A stretch of DNA of 64,000 nucleotides from Naegleria gruberi (taxonomy: Eukaryota): assembly GCA_000004985.1 (NCBI GenBank), contig GG738873.1; one strand, 5' to 3'. The notes below the pieces were generated by a model, which saw only the letters and a program-made list of their open reading frames with translations, was not told where the DNA came from and ran no database searches. Below are positions 46,367 through 59,200 of this stretch, one piece after another (positions within the stretch are counted from its first letter, which is position 1; each line of letters begins with the position of its first letter). The translations under genes and the position numbers were made by a program.

Positions 46367-47288
46367 CTAATATGACAAACATATCCCACCAACGCATGTA
46401 TGAAAATTCGTATTTTTNNNNNNNNNNNNNNNNNNNNNNNNNNNNNNNNNNNNNNNNNNNNNNNNNNTATTATATGTGAAATTACCAATTGTAATATTAT
46501 TGCTTGTAAAGTTACTAATTGTAAAGTTACTAATTGTAATGTTATCACTCGTAAGGTTACGGATTGTTAAATTAGTATATGTGAAATTACCAATTGTAAT
46601 GTTATCACTTGTAAAGTTACTATTTGTAAAGTTACCAATTGTAATATTATCACTCGTAAGGTTAGTGTTTGTAAAGTTACTGCTTGTTGAATTAGTATAT
46701 GTGTAATTACCAATTGTAATATTATCACTTGTAAAGTTACTATTTGTAAAGTTACTGATCGTTAAATTAGTATATGTGTAATTACCACTTGTGGTATTCT
46801 CATATGTAAAATTATAATAGGTAAAATTGTTGAGTGTCAAATTCGGTATTTCCGTAATTCTCATCACCTCGTTTTCTGGATAATTTGCATCATTTTGGCA
46901 ATTTTGTCCCGTAATAGAATTTCTAAAACATTTACAAAAATCAGGCTTGGTACAATTACCATTTCCACTGCAAACAAGTGGATCTTCTGATTTAACACCA
47001 AAACAAATTGGTAAAGAACAATTTGATCCATAATATCCTTCTCTGCAAGTGGTTACATTTAAGAGACCTGTTGCATTCTTCTTGGAGCAAAGATACAAAT
47101 TATCACCTGTTGGGTTTGTACAATCAATTTCAAGATCAAGAGTTCCATTAATCTTTGTATTATTACATTTACCTTCAGGATTGGTACATGTCGCCATACT
47201 AACATTTGTTTGACACTGTGTGCCAATAAAACCAACTTTGCAAGAACATTGATTTGGTTTCTCACAATAACCATTTCCTGAACAAACC
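46367..47288 (-). CDS. Second paralog of the giant EGF-like/LamG extracellular protein, C-terminal part only. Its 5' end is in the N gap.
   Basis: The ORF ends at the stop at 46367. It contains EGF motifs (REGYYGSNCSLPICFGVKSEDPLVCSGNGNCTKPDFCKC). Positions 46958-47060 match window positions 1-103. The C-terminal approximately 130 aa are N-x-T pentapeptide repeats. The sequence continues open to the gap at 47289. Confidence 0.75.
46468..46860. repeat. 15-nt tandem repeat of at least 23 units with an approximately 90-nt higher-order period. It encodes N-[F/I/L]-T-x-x pentapeptide glycosylation-sequon repeats on the minus strand and is interrupted by the 50-N gap at 46418-46467.
   Basis: Units include tgtaaagttactaat, tgtaatgttatcact and cgtaaggttacggat. 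The translation reads ...NFTSDNITIGNFTNSNFTSDNITIGNFTYTNLT.... Confidence 0.8.
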
Positions 47289-50200
47289 NNNNNNNNNNNN
47301 NNNNNNNNNNNNNNNNNNNNNNNNNNNNNNNNNNNNNNNNNNNNNNNNNNNNNNNNNNNNNNNNNNNNNNNNNNNNNNNNNNNNNNNNNNNNNNNNNNNN
47401 NNNNNNNNNNNNNNNNNNNNNNNNNNNNNNNNNNNNNNNNNNNNNNNNNNNNNNNNNNNNNNNNNNNNNNNNNNNNNNNNNNNNNNNNNNNNNNNNNNNN
47501 NNNNNNNNNNNNNNNNNNNNNNNNNNNNNNNNNNNNNNNNNNNNNNNNNNNNNNNNNNNNNNNNNNNNNNNNNNNNNNNNNNNNNNNNNNNNNNNNNNNN
47601 NNNNNNNNNNNNNNNNNNNNNNNNNNNNNNNNNNNNNNNNNNNNNNNNNNNNNNNNNNNNNNNNNNNNNNNNNNNNNNNNNNNNNNNNNNNNNNNNNNNN
47701 NNNNNNNNNNNNNNNNNNNNNNNNNNNNNNNNNNNNNNNNNNNNNNNNNNNNNNNNNNNNNNNNNNNNNNNNNNNNNNNNNNNNNNNNNNNNNNNNNNNN
47801 NNNNNNNNNNNNNNNNNNNNNNNNNNNNNNNNNNNNNNNNNNNNNNNNNNNNNNNNNNNNNNNNNNNNNNNNNNNNNNNNNNNNNNNNNNNNNNNNNNNN
47901 NNNNNNNNNNNNNNNNNNNNNNNNNNNNNNNNNNNNNNNNNNNNNNNNNNNNNNNNNNNNNNNNNNNNNNNNNNNNNNNNNNNNNNNNNNNNNNNNNNNN
48001 NNNNNNNNNNNNNNNNNNNNNNNNNNNNNNNNNNNNNNNNNNNNNNNNNNNNNNNNNNNNNNNNNNNNNNNNNNNNNNNNNNNNNNNNNNNNNNNNNNNN
48101 NNNNNNNNNNNNNNNNNNNNNNNNNNNNNNNNNNNNNNNNNNNNNNNNNNNNNNNNNNNNNNNNNNNNNNNNNNNNNNNNNNNNNNNNNNNNNNNNNNNN
48201 NNNNNNNNNNNNNNNNNNNNNNNNNNNNNNNNNNNNNNNNNNNNNNNNNNNNNNNNNNNNNNNNNNNNNNNNNNNNNNNNNNNNNNNNNNNNNNNNNNNN
48301 NNNNNNNNNNNNNNNNNNNNNNNNNNNNNNNNNNNNNNNNNNNNNNNNNNNNNNNNNNNNNNNNNNNNNNNNNNNNNNNNNNNNNNNNNNNNNNNNNNNN
48401 NNNNNNNNNNNNNNNNNNNNNNNNNNNNNNNNNNNNNNNNNNNNNNNNNNNNNNNNNNNNNNNNNNNNNNNNNNNNNNNNNNNNNNNNNNNNNNNNNNNN
48501 NNNNNNNNNNNNNNNNNNNNNNNNNNNNNNNNNNNNNNNNNNNNNNNNNNNNNNNNNNNNNNNNNNNNNNNNNNNNNNNNNNNNNNNNNNNNNNNNNNNN
48601 NNNNNNNNNNNNNNNNNNNNNNNNNNNNNNNNNNNNNNNNNNNNNNNNNNNNNNNNNNNNNNNNNNNNNNNNNNNNNNNNNNNNNNNNNNNNNNNNNNNN
48701 NNNNNNNNNNNNNNNNNNNNNNNNNNNNNNNNNNNNNNNNNNNNNNNNNNNNNNNNNNNNNNNNNNNNNNNNNNNNNNNNNNNNNNNNNNNNNNNNNNNN
48801 NNNNNNNNNNNNNNNNNNNNNNNNNNNNNNNNNNNNNNNNNNNNNNNNNNNNNNNNNNNNNNNNNNNNNNNNNNNNNNNNNNNNNNNNNNNNNNNNNNNN
48901 NNNNNNNNNNNNNNNNNNNNNNNNNNNNNNNNNNNNNNNNNNNNNNNNNNNNNNNNNNNNNNNNNNNNNNNNNNNNNNNNNNNNNNNNNNNNNNNNNNNN
49001 NNNNNNNNNNNNNNNNNNNNNNNNNNNNNNNNNNNNNNNNNNNNNNNNNNNNNNNNNNNNNNNNNNNNNNNNNNNNNNNNNNNNNNNNNNNNNNNNNNNN
49101 NNNNNNNNNNNNNNNNNNNNNNNNNNNNNNNNNNNNNNNNNNNNNNNNNNNNNNNNNNNNNNNNNNNNNNNNNNNNNNNNNNNNNNNNNNNNNNNNNNNN
49201 NNNNNNNNNNNNNNNNNNNNNNNNNNNNNNNNNNNNNNNNNNNNNNNNNNNNNNNNNNNNNNNNNNNNNNNNNNNNNNNNNNNNNNNNNNNNNNNNNNNN
49301 NNNNNNNNNNNNNNNNNNNNNNNNNNNNNNNNNNNNNNNNNNNNNNNNNNNNNNNNNNNNNNNNNNNNNNNNNNNNNNNNNNNNNNNNNNNNNNNNNNNN
49401 NNNNNNNNNNNNNNNNNNNNNNNNNNNNNNNNNNNNNNNNNNNNNNNNNNNNNNNNNNNNNNNNNNNNNNNNNNNNNNNNNNNNNNNNNNNNNNNNNNNN
49501 NNNNNNNNNNNNNNNNNNNNNNNNNNNNNNNNNNNNNNNNNNNNNNNNNNNNNNNNNNNNNNNNNNNNNNNNNNNNNNNNNNNNNNNNNNNNNNNNNNNN
49601 NNNNNNNNNNNNNNNNNNNNNNNNNNNNNNNNNNNNNNNNNNNNNNNNNNNNNNNNNNNNNNNNNNNNNNNNNNNNNNNNNNNNNNNNNNNNNNNNNNNN
49701 NNNNNNNNNNNNNNNNNNNNNNNNNNNNNNNNNNNNNNNNNNNNNNNNNNNNNNNNNNNNNNNNNNNNNNNNNNNNNNNNNNNNNNNNNNNNNNNNNNNN
49801 NNNNNNNNNNNNNNNNNNNNNNNNNNNNNNNNNNNNNNNNNNNNNNNNNNNNNNNNNNNNNNNNNNNNNNNNNNNNNNNNNNNNNNNNNNNNNNNNNNNN
49901 NNNNNNNNNNNNNNNNNNNNNNNNNNNNNNNNNNNNNNNNNNNNNNNNNNNNNNNNNNNNNNNNNNNNNNNNNNNNNNNNNNNNNNNNNNNNNNNNNNNN
50001 NNNNNNNNNNNNNNNNNNNNNNNNNNNNNNNNNNNNNNNNNNNNNNNNNNNNNNNNNNNNNNNNNNNNNNNNNNNNNNNNNNNNNNNNNNNNNNNNNNNN
50101 NNNNNNNNNNNNNNNNNNNNNNNNNNNNNNNNNNNNNNNNNNNNNNNNNNNNNNNNNNNNNNNNNNNNNNNNNNNNNNNNNNNNNNNNNNNNNNNNNNNN

Positions 50201-53200
50201 NNNNNNNNNNNNNNNNNNNNNNNNNNNNNNNNNNNNNNNNNNNNNNNNNNNNNNNNNNNNNNNNNNNNNNNNNNNNNNNNNNNNNNNNNNNNNNNNNNNN
50301 NNNNNNNNNNNNNNNNNNNNNNNNNNNNNNNNNNNNNNNNNNNNNNNNNNNNNNNNNNNNNNNNNNNNNNNNNNNNNNNNNNNNNNNNNNNNNNNNNNNN
50401 NNNNNNNNNNNNNNNNNNNNNNNNNNNNNNNNNNNNNNNNNNNNNNNNNNNNNNNNNNNNNNNNNNNNNNNNNNNNNNNNNNNNNNNNNNNNNNNNNNNN
50501 NNNNNNNNNNNNNNNNNNNNNNNNNNNNNNNNNNNNNNNNNNNNNNNNNNNNNNNNNNNNNNNNNNNNNNNNNNNNNNNNNNNNNNNNNNNNNNNNNNNN
50601 NNNNNNNNNNNNNNNNNNNNNNNNNNNNNNNNNNNNNNNNNNNNNNNNNNNNNNNNNNNNNNNNNNNNNNNNNNNNNNNNNNNNNNNNNNNNNNNNNNNN
50701 NNNNNNNNNNNNNNNNNNNNNNNNNNNNNNNNNNNNNNNNNNNNNNNNNNNNNNNNNNNNNNNNNNNNNNNNNNNNNNNNNNNNNNNNNNNNNNNNNNNN
50801 NNNNNNNNNNNNNNNNNNNNNNNNNNNNNNNNNNNNNNNNNNNNNNNNNNNNNNNNNNNNNNNNNNNNNNNNNNNNNNNNNNNNNNNNNNNNNNNNNNNN
50901 NNNNNNNNNNNNNNNNNNNNNNNNNNNNNNNNNNNNNNNNNNNNNNNNNNNNNNNNNNNNNNNNNNNNNNNNNNNNNNNNNNNNNNNNNNNNNNNNNNNN
51001 NNNNNNNNNNNNNNNNNNNNNNNNNNNNNNNNNNNNNNNNNNNNNNNNNNNNNNNNNNNNNNNNNNNNNNNNNNNNNNNNNNNNNNNNNNNNNNNNNNNN
51101 NNNNNNNNNNNNNNNNNNNNNNNNNNNNNNNNNNNNNNNNNNNNNNNNNNNNNNNNNNNNNNNNNNNNNNNNNNNNNNNNNNNNNNNNNNNNNNNNNNNN
51201 NNNNNNNNNNNNNNNNNNNNNNNNNNNNNNNNNNNNNNNNNNNNNNNNNNNNNNNNNNNNNNNNNNNNNNNNNNNNNNNNNNNNNNNNNNNNNNNNNNNN
51301 NNNNNNNNNNNNNNNNNNNNNNNNNNNNNNNNNNNNNNNNNNNNNNNNNNNNNNNNNNNNNNNNNNNNNNNNNNNNNNNNNNNNNNNNNNNNNNNNNNNN
51401 NNNNNNNNNNNNNNNNNNNNNNNNNNNNNNNNNNNNNNNNNNNNNNNNNNNNNNNNNNNNNNNNNNNNNNNNNNNNNNNNNNNNNNNNNNNNNNNNNNNN
51501 NNNNNNNNNNNNNNNNNNNNNNNNNNNNNNNNNNNNNNNNNNNNNNNNNNNNNNNNNNNNNNNNNNNNNNNNNNNNNNNNNNNNNNNNNNNNNNNNNNNN
51601 NNNNNNNNNNNNNNNNNNNNNNNNNNNNNNNNNNNNNNNNNNNNNNNNNNNNNNNNNNNNNNNNNNNNNNNNNNNNNNNNNNNNNNNNNNNNNNNNNNNN
51701 NNNNNNNNNNNNNNNNNNNNNNNNNNNNNNNNNNNNNNNNNNNNNNNNNNNNNNNNNNNNNNNNNNNNNNNNNNNNNNNNNNNNNNNNNNNNNNNNNNNN
51801 NNNNNNNNNNNNNNNNNNNNNNNNNNNNNNNNNNNNNNNNNNNNNNNNNNNNNNNNNNNNNNNNNNNNNNNNNNNNNNNNNNNNNNNNNNNNNNNNNNNN
51901 NNNNNNNNNNNNNNNNNNNNNNNNNNNNNNNNNNNNNNNNNNNNNNNNNNNNNNNNNNNNNNNNNNNNNNNNNNNNNNNNNNNNNNNNNNNNNNNNNNNN
52001 NNNNNNNNNNNNNNNNNNNNNNNNNNNNNNNNNNNNNNNNNNNNNNNNNNNNNNNNNNNNNNNNNNNNNNNNNNNNNNNNNNNNNNNNNNNNNNNNNNNN
52101 NNNNNNNNNNNNNNNNNNNNNNNNNNNNNNNNNNNNNNNNNNNNNNNNNNNNNNNNNNNNNNNNNNNNNNNNNNNNNNNNNNNNNNNNNNNNNNNNNNNN
52201 NNNNNNNNNNNNNNNNNNNNNNNNNNNNNNNNNNNNNNNNNNNNNNNNNNNNNNNNNNNNNNNNNNNNNNNNNNNNNNNNNNNNNNNNNNNNNNNNNNNN
52301 NNNNNNNNNNNNNNNNNNNNNNNNNNNNNNNNNNNNNNNNNNNNNNNNNNNNNNNNNNNNNNNNNNNNNNNNNNNNNNNNNNNNNNNNNNNNNNNNNNNN
52401 NNNNNNNNNNNNNNNNNNNNNNNNNNNNNNNNNNNNNNNNNNNNNNNNNNNNNNNNNNNNNNNNNNNNNNNNNNNNNNNNNNNNNNNNNNNNNNNNNNNN
52501 NNNNNNNNNNNNNNNNNNNNNNNNNNNNNNNNNNNNNNNNNNNNNNNNNNNNNNNNNNNNNNNNNNNNNNNNNNNNNNNNNNNNNNNNNNNNNNNNNNNN
52601 NNNNNNNNNNNNNNNNNNNNNNNNNNNNNNNNNNNNNNNNNNNNNNNNNNNNNNNNNNNNNNNNNNNNNNNNNNNNNNNNNNNNNNNNNNNNNNNNNNNN
52701 NNNNNNNNNNNNNNNNNNNNNNNNNNNNNNNNNNNNNNNNNNNNNNNNNNNNNNNNNNNNNNNNNNNNNNNNNNNNNNNNNNNNNNNNNNNNNNNNNNNN
52801 NNNNNNNNNNNNNNNNNNNNNNNNNNNNNNNNNNNNNNNNNNNNNNNNNNNNNNNNNNNNNNNNNNNNNNNNNNNNNNNNNNNNNNNNNNNNNNNNNNNN
52901 NNNNNNNNNNNNNNNNNNNNNNNNNNNNNNNNNNNNNNNNNNNNNNNNNNNNNNNNNNNNNNNNNNNNNNNNNNNNNNNNNNNNNNNNNNNNNNNNNNNN
53001 NNNNNNNNNNNNNNNNNNNNNNNNNNNNNNNNNNNNNNNNNNNNNNNNNNNNNNNNNNNNNNNNNNNNNNNNNNNNNNNNNNNNNNNNNNNNNNNNNNNN
53101 NNNNNNNNNNNNNNNNNNNNNNNNNNNNNNNNNNNNNNNNNNNNNNNNNNNNNNNNNNNNNNNNNNNNNNNNNNNNNNNNNNNNNNNNNNNNNNNNNNNN

Positions 53201-56200
53201 NNNNNNNNNNNNNNNNNNNNNNNNNNNNNNNNNNNNNNNNNNNNNNNNNNNNNNNNNNNNNNNNNNNNNNNNNNNNNNNNNNNNNNNNNNNNNNNNNNNN
53301 NNNNNNNNNNNNNNNNNNNNNNNNNNNNNNNNNNNNNNNNNNNNNNNNNNNNNNNNNNNNNNNNNNNNNNNNNNNNNNNNNNNNNNNNNNNNNNNNNNNN
53401 NNNNNNNNNNNNNNNNNNNNNNNNNNNNNNNNNNNNNNNNNNNNNNNNNNNNNNNNNNNNNNNNNNNNNNNNNNNNNNNNNNNNNNNNNNNNNNNNNNNN
53501 NNNNNNNNNNNNNNNNNNNNNNNNNNNNNNNNNNNNNNNNNNNNNNNNNNNNNNNNNNNNNNNNNNNNNNNNNNNNNNNNNNNNNNNNNNNNNNNNNNNN
53601 NNNNNNNNNNNNNNNNNNNNNNNNNNNNNNNNNNNNNNNNNNNNNNNNNNNNNNNNNNNNNNNNNNNNNNNNNNNNNNNNNNNNNNNNNNNNNNNNNNNN
53701 NNNNNNNNNNNNNNNNNNNNNNNNNNNNNNNNNNNNNNNNNNNNNNNNNNNNNNNNNNNNNNNNNNNNNNNNNNNNNNNNNNNNNNNNNNNNNNNNNNNN
53801 NNNNNNNNNNNNNNNNNNNNNNNNNNNNNNNNNNNNNNNNNNNNNNNNNNNNNNNNNNNNNNNNNNNNNNNNNNNNNNNNNNNNNNNNNNNNNNNNNNNN
53901 NNNNNNNNNNNNNNNNNNNNNNNNNNNNNNNNNNNNNNNNNNNNNNNNNNNNNNNNNNNNNNNNNNNNNNNNNNNNNNNNNNNNNNNNNNNNNNNNNNNN
54001 NNNNNNNNNNNNNNNNNNNNNNNNNNNNNNNNNNNNNNNNNNNNNNNNNNNNNNNNNNNNNNNNNNNNNNNNNNNNNNNNNNNNNNNNNNNNNNNNNNNN
54101 NNNNNNNNNNNNNNNNNNNNNNNNNNNNNNNNNNNNNNNNNNNNNNNNNNNNNNNNNNNNNNNNNNNNNNNNNNNNNNNNNNNNNNNNNNNNNNNNNNNN
54201 NNNNNNNNNNNNNNNNNNNNNNNNNNNNNNNNNNNNNNNNNNNNNNNNNNNNNNNNNNNNNNNNNNNNNNNNNNNNNNNNNNNNNNNNNNNNNNNNNNNN
54301 NNNNNNNNNNNNNNNNNNNNNNNNNNNNNNNNNNNNNNNNNNNNNNNNNNNNNNNNNNNNNNNNNNNNNNNNNNNNNNNNNNNNNNNNNNNNNNNNNNNN
54401 NNNNNNNNNNNNNNNNNNNNNNNNNNNNNNNNNNNNNNNNNNNNNNNNNNNNNNNNNNNNNNNNNNNNNNNNNNNNNNNNNNNNNNNNNNNNNNNNNNNN
54501 NNNNNNNNNNNNNNNNNNNNNNNNNNNNNNNNNNNNNNNNNNNNNNNNNNNNNNNNNNNNNNNNNNNNNNNNNNNNNNNNNNNNNNNNNNNNNNNNNNNN
54601 NNNNNNNNNNNNNNNNNNNNNNNNNNNNNNNNNNNNNNNNNNNNNNNNNNNNNNNNNNNNNNNNNNNNNNNNNNNNNNNNNNNNNNNNNNNNNNNNNNNN
54701 NNNNNNNNNNNNNNNNNNNNNNNNNNNNNNNNNNNNNNNNNNNNNNNNNNNNNNNNNNNNNNNNNNNNNNNNNNNNNNNNNNNNNNNNNNNNNNNNNNNN
54801 NNNNNNNNNNNNNNNNNNNNNNNNNNNNNNNNNNNNNNNNNNNNNNNNNNNNNNNNNNNNNNNNNNNNNNNNNNNNNNNNNNNNNNNNNNNNNNNNNNNN
54901 NNNNNNNNNNNNNNNNNNNNNNNNNNNNNNNNNNNNNNNNNNNNNNNNNNNNNNNNNNNNNNNNNNNNNNNNNNNNNNNNNNNNNNNNNNNNNNNNNNNN
55001 NNNNNNNNNNNNNNNNNNNNNNNNNNNNNNNNNNNNNNNNNNNNNNNNNNNNNNNNNNNNNNNNNNNNNNNNNNNNNNNNNNNNNNNNNNNNNNNNNNNN
55101 NNNNNNNNNNNNNNNNNNNNNNNNNNNNNNNNNNNNNNNNNNNNNNNNNNNNNNNNNNNNNNNNNNNNNNNNNNNNNNNNNNNNNNNNNNNNNNNNNNNN
55201 NNNNNNNNNNNNNNNNNNNNNNNNNNNNNNNNNNNNNNNNNNNNNNNNNNNNNNNNNNNNNNNNNNNNNNNNNNNNNNNNNNNNNNNNNNNNNNNNNNNN
55301 NNNNNNNNNNNNNNNNNNNNNNNNNNNNNNNNNNNNNNNNNNNNNNNNNNNNNNNNNNNNNNNNNNNNNNNNNNNNNNNNNNNNNNNNNNNNNNNNNNNN
55401 NNNNNNNNNNNNNNNNNNNNNNNNNNNNNNNNNNNNNNNNNNNNNNNNNNNNNNNNNNNNNNNNNNNNNNNNNNNNNNNNNNNNNNNNNNNNNNNNNNNN
55501 NNNNNNNNNNNNNNNNNNNNNNNNNNNNNNNNNNNNNNNNNNNNNNNNNNNNNNNNNNNNNNNNNNNNNNNNNNNNNNNNNNNNNNNNNNNNNNNNNNNN
55601 NNNNNNNNNNNNNNNNNNNNNNNNNNNNNNNNNNNNNNNNNNNNNNNNNNNNNNNNNNNNNNNNNNNNNNNNNNNNNNNNNNNNNNNNNNNNNNNNNNNN
55701 NNNNNNNNNNNNNNNNNNNNNNNNNNNNNNNNNNNNNNNNNNNNNNNNNNNNNNNNNNNNNNNNNNNNNNNNNNNNNNNNNNNNNNNNNNNNNNNNNNNN
55801 NNNNNNNNNNNNNNNNNNNNNNNNNNNNNNNNNNNNNNNNNNNNNNNNNNNNNNNNNNNNNNNNNNNNNNNNNNNNNNNNNNNNNNNNNNNNNNNNNNNN
55901 NNNNNNNNNNNNNNNNNNNNNNNNNNNNNNNNNNNNNNNNNNNNNNNNNNNNNNNNNNNNNNNNNNNNNNNNNNNNNNNNNNNNNNNNNNNNNNNNNNNN
56001 NNNNNNNNNNNNNNNNNNNNNNNNNNNNNNNNNNNNNNNNNNNNNNNNNNNNNNNNNNNNNNNNNNNNNNNNNNNNNNNNNNNNNNNNNNNNNNNNNNNN
56101 NNNNNNNNNNNNNNNNNNNNNNNNNNNNNNNNNNNNNNNNNNNNNNNNNNNNNNNNNNNNNNNNNNNNNNNNNNNNNNNNNNNNNNNNNNNNNNNNNNNN

Positions 56201-59200
56201 NNNNNNNNNNNNNNNNNNNNNNNNNNNNNNNNNNNNNNNNNNNNNNNNNNNNNNNNNNNNNNNNNNNNNNNNNNNNNNNNNNNNNNNNNNNNNNNNNNNN
56301 NNNNNNNNNNNNNNNNNNNNNNNNNNNNNNNNNNNNNNNNNNNNNNNNNNNNNNNNNNNNNNNNNNNNNNNNNNNNNNNNNNNNNNNNNNNNNNNNNNNN
56401 NNNNNNNNNNNNNNNNNNNNNNNNNNNNNNNNNNNNNNNNNNNNNNNNNNNNNNNNNNNNNNNNNNNNNNNNNNNNNNNNNNNNNNNNNNNNNNNNNNNN
56501 NNNNNNNNNNNNNNNNNNNNNNNNNNNNNNNNNNNNNNNNNNNNNNNNNNNNNNNNNNNNNNNNNNNNNNNNNNNNNNNNNNNNNNNNNNNNNNNNNNNN
56601 NNNNNNNNNNNNNNNNNNNNNNNNNNNNNNNNNNNNNNNNNNNNNNNNNNNNNNNNNNNNNNNNNNNNNNNNNNNNNNNNNNNNNNNNNNNNNNNNNNNN
56701 NNNNNNNNNNNNNNNNNNNNNNNNNNNNNNNNNNNNNNNNNNNNNNNNNNNNNNNNNNNNNNNNNNNNNNNNNNNNNNNNNNNNNNNNNNNNNNNNNNNN
56801 NNNNNNNNNNNNNNNNNNNNNNNNNNNNNNNNNNNNNNNNNNNNNNNNNNNNNNNNNNNNNNNNNNNNNNNNNNNNNNNNNNNNNNNNNNNNNNNNNNNN
56901 NNNNNNNNNNNNNNNNNNNNNNNNNNNNNNNNNNNNNNNNNNNNNNNNNNNNNNNNNNNNNNNNNNNNNNNNNNNNNNNNNNNNNNNNNNNNNNNNNNNN
57001 NNNNNNNNNNNNNNNNNNNNNNNNNNNNNNNNNNNNNNNNNNNNNNNNNNNNNNNNNNNNNNNNNNNNNNNNNNNNNNNNNNNNNNNNNNNNNNNNNNNN
57101 NNNNNNNNNNNNNNNNNNNNNNNNNNNNNNNNNNNNNNNNNNNNNNNNNNNNNNNNNNNNNNNNNNNNNNNNNNNNNNNNNNNNNNNNNNNNNNNNNNNN
57201 NNNNNNNNNNNNNNNNNNNNNNNNNNNNNNNNNNNNNNNNNNNNNNNNNNNNNNNNNNNNNNNNNNNNNNNNNNNNNNNNNNNNNNNNNNNNNNNNNNNN
57301 NNNNNNNNNNNNNNNNNNNNNNNNNNNNNNNNNNNNNNNNNNNNNNNNNNNNNNNNNNNNNNNNNNNNNNNNNNNNNNNNNNNNNNNNNNNNNNNNNNNN
57401 NNNNNNNNNNNNNNNNNNNNNNNNNNNNNNNNNNNNNNNNNNNNNNNNNNNNNNNNNNNNNNNNNNNNNNNNNNNNNNNNNNNNNNNNNNNNNNNNNNNN
57501 NNNNNNNNNNNNNNNNNNNNNNNNNNNNNNNNNNNNNNNNNNNNNNNNNNNNNNNNNNNNNNNNNNNNNNNNNNNNNNNNNNNNNNNNNNNNNNNNNNNN
57601 NNNNNNNNNNNNNNNNNNNNNNNNNNNNNNNNNNNNNNNNNNNNNNNNNNNNNNNNNNNNNNNNNNNNNNNNNNNNNNNNNNNNNNNNNNNNNNNNNNNN
57701 NNNNNNNNNNNNNNNNNNNNNNNNNNNNNNNNNNNNNNNNNNNNNNNNNNNNNNNNNNNNNNNNNNNNNNNNNNNNNNNNNNNNNNNNNNNNNNNNNNNN
57801 NNNNNNNNNNNNNNNNNNNNNNNNNNNNNNNNNNNNNNNNNNNNNNNNNNNNNNNNNNNNNNNNNNNNNNNNNNNNNNNNNNNNNNNNNNNNNNNNNNNN
57901 NNNNNNNNNNNNNNNNNNNNNNNNNNNNNNNNNNNNNNNNNNNNNNNNNNNNNNNNNNNNNNNNNNNNNNNNNNNNNNNNNNNNNNNNNNNNNNNNNNNN
58001 NNNNNNNNNNNNNNNNNNNNNNNNNNNNNNNNNNNNNNNNNNNNNNNNNNNNNNNNNNNNNNNNNNNNNNNNNNNNNNNNNNNNNNNNNNNNNNNNNNNN
58101 NNNNNNNNNNNNNNNNNNNNNNNNNNNNNNNNNNNNNNNNNNNNNNNNNNNNNNNNNNNNNNNNNNNNNNNNNNNNNNNNNNNNNNNNNNNNNNNNNNNN
58201 NNNNNNNNNNNNNNNNNNNNNNNNNNNNNNNNNNNNNNNNNNNNNNNNNNNNNNNNNNNNNNNNNNNNNNNNNNNNNNNNNNNNNNNNNNNNNNNNNNNN
58301 NNNNNNNNNNNNNNNNNNNNNNNNNNNNNNNNNNNNNNNNNNNNNNNNNNNNNNNNNNNNNNNNNNNNNNNNNNNNNNNNNNNNNNNNNNNNNNNNNNNN
58401 NNNNNNNNNNNNNNNNNNNNNNNNNNNNNNNNNNNNNNNNNNNNNNNNNNNNNNNNNNNNNNNNNNNNNNNNNNNNNNNNNNNNNNNNNNNNNNNNNNNN
58501 NNNNNNNNNNNNNNNNNNNNNNNNNNNNNNNNNNNNNNNNNNNNNNNNNNNNNNNNNNNNNNNNNNNNNNNNNNNNNNNNNNNNNNNNNNNNNNNNNNNN
58601 NNNNNNNNNNNNNNNNNNNNNNNNNNNNNNNNNNNNNNNNNNNNNNNNNNNNNNNNNNNNNNNNNNNNNNNNNNNNNNNNNNNNNNNNNNNNNNNNNNNN
58701 NNNNNNNNNNNNNNNNNNNNNNNNNNNNNNNNNNNNNNNNNNNNNNNNNNNNNNNNNNNNNNNNNNNNNNNNNNNNNNNNNNNNNNNNNNNNNNNNNNNN
58801 NNNNNNNNNNNNNNNNNNNNNNNNNNNNNNNNNNNNNNNNNNNNNNNNNNNNNNNNNNNNNNNNNNNNNNNNNNNNNNNNNNNNNNNNNNNNNNNNNNNN
58901 NNNNNNNNNNNNNNNNNNNNNNNNNNNNNNNNNNNNNNNNNNNNNNNNNNNNNNNNNNNNNNNNNNNNNNNNNNNNNNNNNNNNNNNNNNNNNNNNNNNN
59001 NNNNNNNNNNNNNNNNNNNNNNNNNNNNNNNNNNNNNNNNNNNNNNNNNNNNNNNNNNNNNNNNNNNNNNNNNNNNNNNNNNNNNNNNNNNNNNNNNNNN
59101 NNNNNNNNNNNNNNNNNNNNNNNNNNNNNNNNNNNNNNNNNNNNNNNNNNNNNNNNNNNNNNNNNNNNNNNNNNNNNNNNNNNNNNNNNNNNNNNNNNNN

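Noticed and set aside
46468-46860. The 15-nt tandem repeat as a possible CRISPR-like array or satellite.
   Set aside because: This is a eukaryotic locus. The units are contiguous with no spacers and are in frame with the upstream EGF-containing ORF on the minus strand, so it is a coding pentapeptide repeat.
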